A stretch of 62,682 nucleotides of DNA, counting the filler, from Sphacelaria rigidula (lineage: Eukaryota), in assembly GCA_964200075.2 (NCBI GenBank). It is 11 parts of 11 records of this genome, joined end to end, with 100 filler letters (N's around TTAATTAATTAA, not from the genome) between each part and the next. Parts side by side here need not be neighbours in the genome. Positions count along the whole stretch, not along the records: positions 11,417 to 17,024 come from CAXNAA020025912.1; positions 17,125 to 22,732 come from CAXNAA020025913.1; positions 22,833 to 28,440 come from CAXNAA020025914.1; 8 more parts are not named here. One strand, 5' to 3'. Of this stretch, positions 13,331-23,597 are shown piece by piece. Every line of letters begins with the position of its first letter. Position 1 is the stretch's first letter. The notes below the pieces were generated by a model. The model had not been told where the DNA came from and did not search any database. It worked only from the letters and a program-made list of their open reading frames with translations. The translations under genes were made by a program, and so were the position numbers.

Positions 13331-13716
13331 AATACTGATACTAATATAGTATTGATACAATACTAATAATATAATAGCACTAATGGGGGAGAGGGGGGGG
13401 CTGAAAAGGAAAGGAGAAAGGAATAGAATGAACGGAAAAGCGCAGACGCCGGGCCAAGCCCTAATGCCGATATCGAGAAAAAGAACGATAACTCTCCGCT
13501 GGGGCTTTTCACGTACGGGGGTTGTGCAAGCAAGGTATGCACGTACGCGGCAGTGATGGTATTTGCTCATACGGCGATATAGTGTGGTCAGTCGATTTGT
13601 TCATTACTATCGATGCTAAATTACATCCCAATCGTCGCCTTCAGAAAAATATTACCTGCCACCCCCTCCCCCCTCCCCCCCGCGCGTGCCTATCCTCCTC
13701 ACTTTCAACGGTTTAG

Positions 13717-13791
13717 ACTAATGGCCGGAAAGGGGCCAGGGGCAGCAGAAGGTGGCGCCTTCGACCCGGCGTGGCTGGAGATGAAAAATGA
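13717..13791 (+). CDS. Exon of an ankyrin-repeat gene
   Basis: TTTAG acceptor and GTGAGC donor. Its terminal GA plus the T at 15938 gives LEMKN-D-REDTVLMAA, a natural ankyrin start. Confidence 0.65.
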   Translation, partial: TNGRKGARGSRRWRLRPGVAGDEK

Positions 13792-15766
13792 GTGAGCACA
13801 CAACTTCGGGTTACAATTGGCTATTTAGGGACCAGCAGCGGCTAAGATACTGTGCGCCATGCATGTGAACTTTGGATACACACCTACATATGTATTTGAA
13901 TGAAATTGTATCTTGCGCTCACGATCTGACACCGCAGATACCGAACTACAAGGCAGACTGGACGTATTTTGTACTCTGTGTTATGCAGTTGCAGTTTGGT
14001 GCCTTGCTTCCGTATGGGCCGTGGACCAATATATGGGAACTCATGCCCAGATAGTATGGTCCCAGACAGCTGAGCTGCAATCTGCACCAACCGCATTTTC
14101 TGTTTCGTTTTTCTAATAGGTGTATGATCTTGGCTTTTTTGCGCCCGCAGACTTTTGTCCCACGTGAAGCCATGCTACATAGAGGCCGGTCATTTCTGGT
14201 TTTATTTCATTCATTTCCTATGTATTTTTCATGGAGATCATTTATTTTTCATGAAGATTATTTACGTTTTTCAGTTCTTCTCCTTTCCTTTCCTTTCCTT
14301 TCCTTTCCTTTCCTTTCCTCTCCTTTTCCTCTCCTTGTCCTGCTTTTTTTTTTGCTTGTGTTTGTTGTTGAGCACGCCTTTCAGTTTACCCTGCTCATTG
14401 TATCTTTTGTTTTTTCCACTTTCCTCAGCCACTGTTCCCATTTTTTTCTGTACCTTGGGTACGTCTATATCTCGTGAATGAATAATGACCACGGCTGGGG
14501 AACAAAATCAACCGGGTATCAGTTATTGCGTGACAAAAATCGATCGGATTGAGATCAATCAACCAGTTCTCTTTTCCGTATTACAGAGAACAGAGAAAGC
14601 GATTCACTTGTCTTCACACGTGTACCCGGGTAGTAATCCTTTGTGAGAGATGTGGACAGGAAACTCTCACCTCCACGTGAAGATATACAACACCGTGAGG
14701 GTGGACGTGGCTGTTTTGATTAGCAACACGCAAATCCTGAATTTGAAGCCCCGCTTCGTTTCCCGAAGTTGAAAACGTGATTCGTCAGTGTCAAGCTCGT
14801 TAGGGTTATACATGAGGTTTTAAGGAGGAACGCCGAGGGGACGGAAGAAGTCTCAATTTCAGTATTCGTACCGAACACGAAAGGATGACGCTGCCGCTCT
14901 TCATGTACGAGGTTTGGTAGGGATAGGTCTGGGGTAGCTGAGCTGAATGTAAGGCTACCAGGAGTAGGAGGGAGGAGGGGGGGGGGGGGGGAGGTTTCTA
15001 AGCCTTTGATTCGAAGCTGGGACACTAACAGTCCGAGCATTCGTACATTATTGAACGGTGTCGGAAAACCCATTTTTTAACAGTCCCGGTAAGATTCGTA
15101 AAGTGTAATTGTTCAACGAAGGGAGAAATCTGGGGATCCCGTTTATTTTCATTTTCCAGCACACAACCCCAAATAGAATGCATCGAGCTGAGGAACCGAG
15201 TACGGTCTTCCGGAACGGTCTAGCCTGCTGGACATTTACCCTCACAAAAACACCACGTTGAGAAAACGAAAAGAGAGTTCCTGAGCCCTTCTAAATGGAA
15301 AAGTTGAGTTACGGGCGTAGAATGACTACAGCGCCTGTTCTTCCAAGGGTGTAAGCAGGAGATCAGAGGTTTAAGCTTCTCATCTAACCGTGTTTTGTGA
15401 ATGTCGAACGGCTGCCGGGTTGCGCGGTGCGTTCATGTTCACGTAGCTTCTCCGGTTACAAAGCAACGCTCTAGAGTCACCTGCAGCGTTGCGCAGAGTT
15501 CGGGGCTGTTCCGAAACAGATAGATTCGACGAGAACAAACGACCGTAAAAAGCGAAATAGCCGAAAACCACAAACGAAGCGACGAGCGAGTACCGTGGAT
15601 GATAACAGGAGGACGAACCTTTCGTACTGTATAAAGATACTCCCTCTTTGCATCAAATCGCTCATCTGTGTTTCCTTGTGCACTTGACTTGACTTAACTT
15701 TGACTTAGTCTGCTATGTCGTTCTGTTCGACCCCCCCCCTTTTTTTCTGTTTTTTGTTTTTTTCTC

Positions 15767-15862
15767 AGAGCGTGTTTCGATTTCGTTTTTCTTGGGTACG
15801 TCTATCATGAGATCACGGCTGGACCCCTGGGGGGTCAGTTAAAGTGCGGCAATCAATCAATC
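15767..15862 (+). mobile_element. RTE-type 3' UTR stub with (CAAT)n tail
   Basis: CTTGGGTACGTCTATCATGAGATCACGGCTGGACCCCTGGGGGGTCAGTTAAAGTGCGGCAATCAATCAATCA matches the 3' end of the RTE at 44650-44752. Related stubs lie near 14450-14560, 26400-26482, 26815-26912 and 42240-42335. Confidence 0.7.
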
Positions 15863-15937
15863 ACTCAAGGAACTGCTTCACACCGTTGTTTTGTTTATTT
15901 TGTCGTTGTTTTCTGGGGGTGGGGGCGGGGCGGCCAG

Positions 15938-16076
15938 TCGGGAGGACACGGTGCTCATGGCCGCTTTGCGAGCTGGGCAACACGCTGCGGCCTTCGTGCT
16001 GCTGAAAGCTGGTGCGGTACCGACTGCGGCAGCGCACACATTCCGTTGCTCCTTCGTGATCGCGTGTGCGCTGAGG
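15938..16076 (+). CDS. Exon encoding an ankyrin repeat
   Basis: CAG acceptor and GTGAGG donor; REDTVLMAALRAGQHAAAFVLLKAGA fits the ankyrin consensus. Confidence 0.7.
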
Positions 16077-17178
16077 GTGAGGGCATGTCATGTTTTCCAC
16101 CTAGGGAAGCGCCACCGTGGGGTCTTTTGGGTTTTAGCTGAGTACTGCAGAAAAGGAAAATTAAAGCGTCTTAAAAAGAGAAGAACGCGTCAATACCTGG
16201 TTTTTCCGTGGCAGTTCCCAAGCCTGGCGTTGTCGGAAGGGGTGTACGGTAAGCACCAAATACACCTACCAAGCTTCAGGTGTGCACCCACAAGTTCCAC
16301 AGATCGAAACGCTCACACCACGTTGTGAGACCTTGATATATTTGTCAAACCTTGAGCCATTGATGTCGATGTACTCGGCACCAACAACATCTGGCTGCAA
16401 CAAGGGCATCGAAATAACTACTGATGAGAAGGTTTGTTGAGATCAAACCCAAAACCCTGCATCACCTGTATAAAAATATATATGTAGATACACACAAAAC
16501 CTTCACTCTGTTTCGTAGACGGATGGACTCTGATAAATGCTGTTATTCCACATATATACCACCTGACATTCTACGGAATAAGTGCCGGTAAAACGCAAAA
16601 TGCAAGATACCACCAGCATCGAGCGTCCCCGCCACCCCGCCTGACAGGCGTCGGCGCTGTGTCCATGCCCATCTTGCGTTCTCGGGAGGACAGCCGACGA
16701 GAAGGCGCGCCTTTGCTGCGTAGCACCTACAAGGCAAGTCGCTCAACAATGATAGCACAAAGCGGGGAAGGGGGGAGGAAAAAAAAATAGGGGCAGTTGG
16801 CCGGCATCGCATGGGAAACATGGACCCAGAAACGGAGACTCGGCTGAACCATCTCCGATTTTGCTTCTATATCGTGTTCGTCTCGGGTACCTCTATCATG
16901 AGGATGATGGCTACGCCTGGATCATGGCTCCTGGGGGGGGGGGGGGGGCGGCCCCCGTGGTTGGTTCGCTTACCAGGTTCGACAGTGCTCCATCGAGCGT
17001 TTCAAAGCGGTGACCCTGGCGGGGNNNNNNNNNNNNNNNNNNNNNNNNNNNNNNNNNNNNNNNNNNNNTTAATTAATTAANNNNNNNNNNNNNNNNNNNN
17101 NNNNNNNNNNNNNNNNNNNNNNNNTGGTCCCCCACCGTAGTACTAGCCTGGCCCGACGCTGCCGACAGAGCGGACGGG

Positions 17179-18331
17179 ATGTGGTACAAAAAGGATGGGT
17201 ACACCAACGTCACCAACAAGACGTGCGAGTCCGAAGGTTGCTTGAAACACCCAAGCTTCGGGCTCGTACGGGGCAAGCCTCTGTCGTGTGGCTCACACAA
17301 AAAAGATGGCTTCACGGAAGTCACCAAGAAGATGTGTGAGTCCGATGGTTGCTTGAAACCAAGTTTCGGGCTCGTACATGGTAAGCCTCTGTCGTGTGGC
17401 GGACACAAAAAGGATGGATATATTGACGTCATCAGCAAGCCGTGTGAGTCCCAGGGTTGTTTCAAACGATCACGTTTCGGGCTCGTACGGGGCAAACCTC
17501 TGTCGTGTAGTGAGCACAAAAAGGGTGGCTACGTGGAGGCTCGGAATAAGACATGCGAGTTCGACGGTTGTTTACTAATACCATCTTTCGGGACTCAGCG
17601 GGGGTAAGATTCTCGCATTTTCTTCTCACAAGAAGGACAATTATGTCAACGTGCGACACCGAAGGTGTCAATCGTCAGCATGTATCTTGTTGCCGATGAT
17701 CGAGAGGGGCTGTGGAGACCTCAAAGTCGAAGACGTGCTCCTCTGCGGGCACTGTGTCCGTAGCCAGCACCCTGATCTGGTGAAGACGTTCAAAGTGAGG
17801 ACCGAGCATTTCATCTTGGCCGAGCTGCAAAGGCGCATGCCGGAGTTAGAAGACAATTTCCTCTCGTGGGACTGTCCGTTACCATGTGCGATATCGACCG
17901 AAAGAGCGGATATGTTGTGGCAGATTGGATCAACTTTGCTGCACATTGAGGTGGACGAGACGGCGACTCACGAGGACGACCGGAACCGCCTCATGCGCCT
18001 CCTGGCGGGAACGGATGCCGTAGATCACATCGTAGTCAGGATACACACGCACGGGTACGAAAATTACAAGCCTTGTGTCACCAGAAGTCAGATTAACGGG
18101 GAGTGGGTGGTGGCCTGCCGGAAGAAGGAGTTTGATCGTAGGATGGATATCGTCGTGCCTGAGATTCGAAGGTTGTTGGCGGCGGGCGAGTCTGTCGTGA
18201 AGGTCCTGTTTTTGAACCATCAAGCTCGCTTGCGCTTCTTACGTTTCTGCACCGGCTTCTGTACGCCTCTATCCAAACGCACAGTGGTTTGCGCACAGGC
18301 ATCCGCCCTCCTATTAAAAAAACTGTTATAG
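17179..18331 (+). pseudogene. EsV-1-7 cysteine-rich repeat protein fused to a PD-(D/E)xK-type endonuclease; one frameshift, 5' end missing
   Basis: About 4.5 repeats of KKDGY..V..K.CES.GC.K.PSFGLV.GKPLSC..H (EsV-1-7 motif). Removing one G from GGGGG at 17600-17604 continues the repeat (GKILAFSSHKKDNYVNVRHRRC) into ORF 17651-18331, which carries RADMLW..LLHIEVDETATH..VVRI. Confidence 0.8.
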
Positions 18332-18735
18332 TCGGTACCGTCGGTGTGGACTCGAACGTGTGTAAATCTGGTTTGCCGAAGGGTCATTTGCGAGTCAAGC
18401 GTTTTAATTAAATCAAGGTTTTTGATCTGCGCTCCTCCCGCTTTCTTCCAACTGTTTTTGCGCCACCCCGAAACCCACTTGGTCATGGAATTGACAAGAA
18501 GCATCGAGTCTGTGTGTATGTGCAGCACGCGCTGACGATCGGGATCAATGATATCAGCCTGCTCCCCGGCTTTGATTGCTGCCAAAAACTCTGCTCGATT
18601 CGACGTCCTTGGCGAAAGTGGGTCAAGGAAGAACGCCTGGTCCTCGAATTCTGCGTCGGGCCAGACAGTAGCAGCACAAGCCTTGCGGAGTTGGGGGATG
18701 CATGACCCGTCCGTAAAAACCACTAAGTCCGCCAT
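18220..18735 (-). CDS. rnhA: Ribonuclease HI
   Basis: All catalytic motifs are present: VFTDGSC, SNRAEFLA, IHTDS, W..GW..N.WKK, IKNLDL, HVRVHT, NRRAD. Intronless, with a basic C-tail (KRKKRKRA). Confidence 0.92.
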   Translation of the reverse strand: MADLVVFTDGSCIPQLRKACAATVWPDAEFEDQAFFLDPLSPRTSNRAEFLAAIKAGEQADIIDPDRQRVLHIHTDSMLLVNSMTKWVSGWRKNSWKKAGGAQIKNLDLIKTLDSQMTLRQTRFTHVRVHTDGTDYNSFFNRRADACAQTTVRLDRGVQKPVQKRKKRKRA

Positions 18736-18817
18736 TTGACAGGTGTAGCGGGCGCGCTATTACACAATACCTTTATTATTATTGCCAACACAGTTCCGAT
18801 AACAAATCGAACAAAAA

Positions 18818-19192
18818 TCATCCACATAGGTTACTAAACATTGTCTTCATTTCCCCGAACGTCTTGTGTACGTGTTCCTCGTACGACAAACTTTGGGGAA
18901 CGGGGTGAGTGTACGTAAAAGTCGCACAGGAGGGAAAGGGTGGGTCTCCAGTGCCGAAATGTAGGACGAATACTTTACTCCCCTCTTCTAGAGCTCCACC
19001 TACCGCCACCCAAGTGTAGCAAGACTCCGTTGATACATCAAAAACAAAAAATCTTCTACCGCCTCCGTCCATCATCGCACTACAATCATCGTTGATGTTG
19101 ACCCTCTTGTTTCCTTTGTCGGAAGAGATAACACACAGCCAGTTCTTCTCCTCGTACAGATTCTCGACCATGCTTTCCAGGGTAACGTCCAT
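18818..19192 (-). CDS. Hypothetical protein (124 aa)
   Basis: ATG-initiated intronless ORF with globular composition. It fills the space between neighbouring genes and has AT-rich flanks. Confidence 0.6.
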   Translation of the reverse strand: MDVTLESMVENLYEEKNWLCVISSDKGNKRVNINDDCSAMMDGGGRRFFVFDVSTESCYTWVAVGGALEEGSKVFVLHFGTGDPPFPSCATFTYTHPVPQSLSYEEHVHKTFGEMKTMFSNLCG

Positions 19193-19323
19193 GTTCCATC
19201 GTAAAAGATTTGGATTAAATGAAGGTAGTGGACTCTGGGGTCGATTGGTATGACAAAGTTTAAGCTTTTCTTTAGGGTTGTTTGCTCATGAATTTAATAA
19301 TATAACCAAAACGCAACACCACC

Positions 19324-20516
19324 ATGGCTTGCCACACTTGCAGCAACCAGAATCTCGGCATCTTCGAAGGCATTGTGCTGACTCTGGTCTGTACGTCGTG
19401 CGCATCGGCTGAGGTCACCGACGAGAATCACCCCATCGTCTGCTTCTCAAAGGCCAGGGCTCTGTTTCCGCTGGTACCGCCGAAGCGCGTGCACCAACTG
19501 CGTTCGACTCCGCGCAGAAATCCGCACTACAAAAATGGCTCTCACATGCGTATGTACTCATTGGCCGAGCTGCAGATCCTAACCCAGCACGTGGAGCAAG
19601 AGCTGGCGGTCAAGACCGCTCTACTGAAACAAAAGCGGCAGACGCGCCTCGAAAGAATGGTTCGCGTGCACAAGATAAGCCCTGTGGCACCCATCCATCG
19701 CGCTCTGTTCGACCACATCTTTGGGGATTATCTGTGCGCTACCACGACCCCTAAGAGGACGCTAAAGCAACTCAAGTACAGGTTTTCGGCACACGACATT
19801 TCGGTACGCCTGTGCGCCATCGACCCCGTCTGCGCCATGAACTACATGGAGAACAGGGGCATCACCGCTTTCGTCTTGGACGATTTGCGACAAGGCTTCG
19901 AGTACTCTCTGTTTCTCTCCTCGCGCGTGTTTCGGCTAGAGGGATTGTCCATCGCGCGGTACATCTGTCCTACACAACTGACGGAACTAAAAACGGACCA
20001 CTAAAAGAAATTCCTGCAAGCGTCAATCGCCTCAGGAAGAACGCGCCGAGGATGCTGCGCATGTCTCTAAGGGGTCTGGGATTCGACAGCACTGAGATTG
20101 AGCGTATGATAGGCTGCTCGCCGACAAGGGTACGGCGATGCTTCAAGTATGCTCACGACCCGGAAACGGTCGCGACCAAGATTTCAGAGTTTTGGACAAC
20201 CAGGGAAGATCGCAAGCACAGGCGACAGATTCTCGAGGCAGCCATGAATAAAAAAGGGCTTGAGATACGCGATGATAGTGTGTTTTGCCATGACTTCATC
20301 TGCGGGTTGGTTGACGTCGACCTGGATGAGATCGTGGGCATTCAGTACATCACACGCGAGCTGTTTGATACCGGTGGCTCGCGGTTTTGGAGCGAGTATC
20401 ACCACGATTGCGAGTCCACTTTTAGGCAGGCGTTGCTCGAGAACGGAAACACGGTTGATAAATCCATCAAAATTGCGCTCAGGAGGTGCTCCTCGCGCCG
20501 ACGTTGGTTATATTAA
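19324..20516 (+). pseudogene. Virus-type protein with N-terminal CxxC pairs, an XPA-C-like motif and a GLEIRDDS..C motif; single frameshift
   Basis: ORF 19324-20004 (CHTC..CTSC; RRNPHYKNGSHMRMYSLAEL) joins ORF 19812-20516 (RRQILEAAMNKKGLEIRDDSVFCHDFI) if one A is added to AAAAA at 19989-19993, giving ~397 aa. Confidence 0.65.
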
Positions 20517-20566
20517 TTGTACACTTCGGGAATTGATAACACCCTCGCACATCACAGTCCACCACC

Positions 20567-21442
20567 ATGCTCCGCGACATCCTCAGCCTCGGACCGACTT
20601 CGCTCATCTGTGAGTACGACGGTGGCTGCAACTACTCATACCTGGGTACTCTTTCGAGAAGTGTTCGCGCAACATGGGCTCTCTCGACAACGACTGCGCT
20701 AAGCTGTGTCACGACGTCAACTGCACGGTTGGCCGAGCTTCCCACCGGTCCGTTTCGAACCAAGTGCCTCATACAGGGACTCGTACACGCCGTGGACGCA
20801 CAGGAATGGGACATTGTCCAGTGGATTGTGCCTCGGCTTCCAAAAAAATACGCCCTGTACACCGACAAGTTATCTTCCGCCGTTTTGGAGACGGGCGTAG
20901 TGTCTGCCATCAAGTACGCCATTTCGATCACAGAGACCAAGACCGCGCGGCCCATCTTCAGGGTGGCCCCGGTGAACGCCGTGTGCAAATACCACAGCGA
21001 CGCCGCAAAGCATTTGTGCACACGCTTCGCCGACAGTACGCTACGGAAAAATGTTGCACTGGCGGCTTGTTTGGAGGGGAATACCGCGCTCATTCAATGG
21101 TGTGCTGAAACCATGCACGCTTTTCCCACAGAGTGTGTAAGGGCACTGGCTTATAAGGGTAACGTCGATGCGCTAGAATGGTTGAGAGCAAATAGTAAAG
21201 CATCGGACCTCATAAGTGACCAGTTAGTGCTGTACGCCGCCCTGGGTGGGCATGTACAAGCTTTGGACTGGGTCTTGGACAATAACCCTGGCATTATGTT
21301 TGATGCGGAGGAAGTGTGTCTCATGGTGTGCACGAAGGGAATGCTGAATGTACTCAAGCACTTGGTTGTCATGAGAGGGTTTCGGTTGAAAATGGCAGCC
21401 TGTACTCGGTTTGCCAAGAGAGGGTCGGGTGTTGCTGGTTAG
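20567..21442 (+). CDS. Ankyrin-repeat-like protein of the giant-virus type
   Basis: Degenerate repeats AACLEGNTALIQWC, LAYKGNVDALEWLR, AALGGHVQALDWVL and VCTKGMLNVLKHL; intronless, 291 aa. Confidence 0.8.
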   Translation: MLRDILSLGPTSLICEYDGGCNYSYLGTLSRSVRATWALSTTTALSCVTTSTARLAELPTGPFRTKCLIQGLVHAVDAQEWDIVQWIVPRLPKKYALYTDKLSSAVLETGVVSAIKYAISITETKTARPIFRVAPVNAVCKYHSDAAKHLCTRFADSTLRKNVALAACLEGNTALIQWCAETMHAFPTECVRALAYKGNVDALEWLRANSKASDLISDQLVLYAALGGHVQALDWVLDNNPGIMFDAEEVCLMVCTKGMLNVLKHLVVMRGFRLKMAACTRFAKRGSGVAG

Positions 21443-21524
21443 TTGACTACGCGCGATACATGAGTTCTACTCAAAGGAGACTTCACCTTTTTTAGGGCAG
21501 ACGCCGGCTCTTCTCTCCATCACG

Positions 21525-21675
21525 AGACACACCTTCTCCCGCACAATACGCCCGGCTCCTTCTCTCGCACAAACCACCCCTCCCTTCCCCAAACCCGTCT
21601 CGAGGTCCACTCCACACACCCTTGCCACTGGCTCCTTCTCTCGCACAAAACCACCCCAAACCCGTCTCGAGGTTT
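21525..21675. repeat. Short imperfect direct repeats
   Basis: CCTTCTC(T/C)CGCACAA x3 and CCCCAAACCCGTCTCGAGGT x2. Confidence 0.8.
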
Positions 21676-22229
21676 TGGTGCATGCGTGACAGTCCCGTGG
21701 AAGAGTCATATTCTGCGTTTTGTGGTCTTCCATTGTGCGAGCACAATAAGTCCACAGTTCCGTAGCTTTCAGTGACAAGACAGACAACATGTGATACCTT
21801 TCAGCGAGAGCTTAGCTGACCACCAGATAGCACGTGGCGAACAATGAAAGAAGTACTCGTGCCCACTCTCTTCATTTTGACAGAACACTTTACCCGTCCA
21901 ACCTGGAGACCATTGTAACCCCGCGCACAGATTACCTCGGTATGCGGCAAGCCATCGCGGAAGAGCACAGACTTGGCAGAGCGAGCTGGGTGGAGAAACG
22001 GAGGAGGCGGGAGGGAGGTAGCACGCGAGGTCGATGCGATTACAGTGCTGTTTGACGGGATGTGGCTGAATCACGGGGTTGGTCGAGTTGAGCTGTGCGG
22101 GTGAACACGACGTGAGCAAGGGCCGACCTAGTCGCTGTTGGCCCTATGCGGATATGCGGCAAACATTCGAGCATGAGCAGATGCGTTATCGCACGTGTAG
22201 ACACACGATCAATATCTCAATCTGAGGTA

Positions 22230-22732
22230 GCCCACAAATCGATCATCGGCAAAAAATGTCAGCTTGTGGTGTAAACCTGCCAACTCGCCCACATATCGAT
22301 CATCGGCAAAAAACATCAGCTTGTGGTGTAAACCTGCCAACTCGCCCACAAATCGATCATCGGCAAAAAAGGCAGCTTGTGGTGCAAACTGCCAACTCGC
22401 CCACATATCGATCATCGGCAAAAAAAGGCAGCTCGTGGGGCACAGCCGCCATATTTTGCCCACATATCGATCATCGGCACAAAATGTCAGCTCGTGGGGC
22501 AAACATACCAAATCGCCCACATATCGATCATCGGCAAAAAACATCAGCTTGTGGTGTTAACTGCCAAATCGCCCACATATCGATCATCGGCAAAAAACAT
22601 CAGCTTGTGAGGCCAAGCTGCCAAATCGCCCACAAATCGATCATCGGCACAAAAAGGCAGCTTGTGGTGCAAACCTACCAACTCGCCCACATATCGATCA
22701 TCGGCAAAAAACATCAGCTTGTGAGGCCAAGC
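22230..22732. repeat. 55-59-bp tandem array, at least 9 units, running off the contig end
   Basis: GCCCACA(T/A)ATCGATCATCGGCA(A/C)AAAA..CAGCT(T/C)GTG.. starting at 22230, 22287, 22344, 22399, 22458, 22515, 22571, 22628 and 22685. Confidence 0.95.
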
Positions 22733-22832
22733 NNNNNNNNNNNNNNNNNNNNNNNNNNNNNNNNNNNNNNNNNNNNTTAATTAATTAANNNNNNNNNNNN
22801 NNNNNNNNNNNNNNNNNNNNNNNNNNNNNNNN

Positions 22833-23071
22833 CCCCCCCCCCCAAAAAAAAAAAGTGCACGGTCTTGGGAGGCAAACTCTTCACGTAAATCGAAATGGGA
22901 GAAGCCGAGCACAACGAGAAGCTGGGAATCCCCACGCTTGCGCAGTTCTAGCCAATGTCGCCAGTACGAGGTGCTTCATGCAGCCTGAACCCAAATTATC
23001 AGGCGCTGTATGGCCATATTTTTCGCGACACTTTTGAGCTGGTTTTGGAGGGGGCTATCGTAGAAAGTGTC
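22833..23071. mobile_element. GAC-terminus MITE (left end cut by contig start)
   Basis: Ends GGGGGCTATCGTAGAAAGTGTC. The body is the reverse complement of the complete copy at 35223-35476. Confidence 0.85.
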
Positions 23072-23148
23072 GAACGTCTTCCTGTAGCAGTGCAGCGGAT
23101 GCCGTGGCTACCTTCGGAGCGAGTACTATTGCAGCAGAACGGAGCGAG

Positions 23149-23280
23149 CCCCTCCCCCGAGCCTGGTTCGACGAAAAGCCGGCGTGCTCCGTCCCGGCTT
23201 TGTAGGGATCCGAGGTCAATGACCGCATGGTTATGGCATGCAAGATCATGAGTACACCCCCCTTCCCCCCCAGCCCCCCG
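23149..23280 (+). mobile_element. Retroposon family B 3' stub
   Basis: Ends GGCATGCAAGATCATGAGTACA-CCCCCC. Flanks CCCCTCCCCCGAGCC and CCCCTTCCCCCCCAGCC resemble a TSD. Confidence 0.8.
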
Positions 23281-23522
23281 CCAAAATAGGGGCGGAAGAT
23301 TAGTCCTTCTCGGGCCGACTGTCTTTTTCTGCCACGTTAACCATTGCGCGAGAAGAATAGAACAAATTTTAGTGAAGAACGCCGAAGCTTTCAACCGATA
23401 GTACTTGCGGGACAGAGGAAGTGTATGCTGGAACGATTTCATGGGCAGGTGCGTGTTTCGAGAGGAAGCTCTGTACGGGATGTGGACACTGTTGTTCAGA
23501 GACAGAAGGGGCAGCGACAGTG

Positions 23523-23597
23523 GTCAACATCAACATCAAGATCAACGTCAGCATCAATATCAGCATCAATATCAACATCAACATCGACATCGACAAA
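23523..23597. repeat. (CATCAA)n-type hexamer microsatellite
   Basis: Directly visible degenerate hexamer run. Confidence 0.85.

Noticed and set aside
16422..16475. Hammerhead ribozyme (CTGATGAG plus stem GGTTTG/CAAACC)
   Set aside because: The required GAAA reads AAAA, and stems I and III could not be formed.
19985..20004. Programmed -1 ribosomal frameshift
   Set aside because: CTA AAA ACG is not an in-frame X XXY YYZ heptamer; a homopolymer indel is simpler.
22230..22732. CRISPR array
   Set aside because: The variable halves are homologous to each other rather than unique spacers, there are no cas genes, and the context is eukaryotic or viral.
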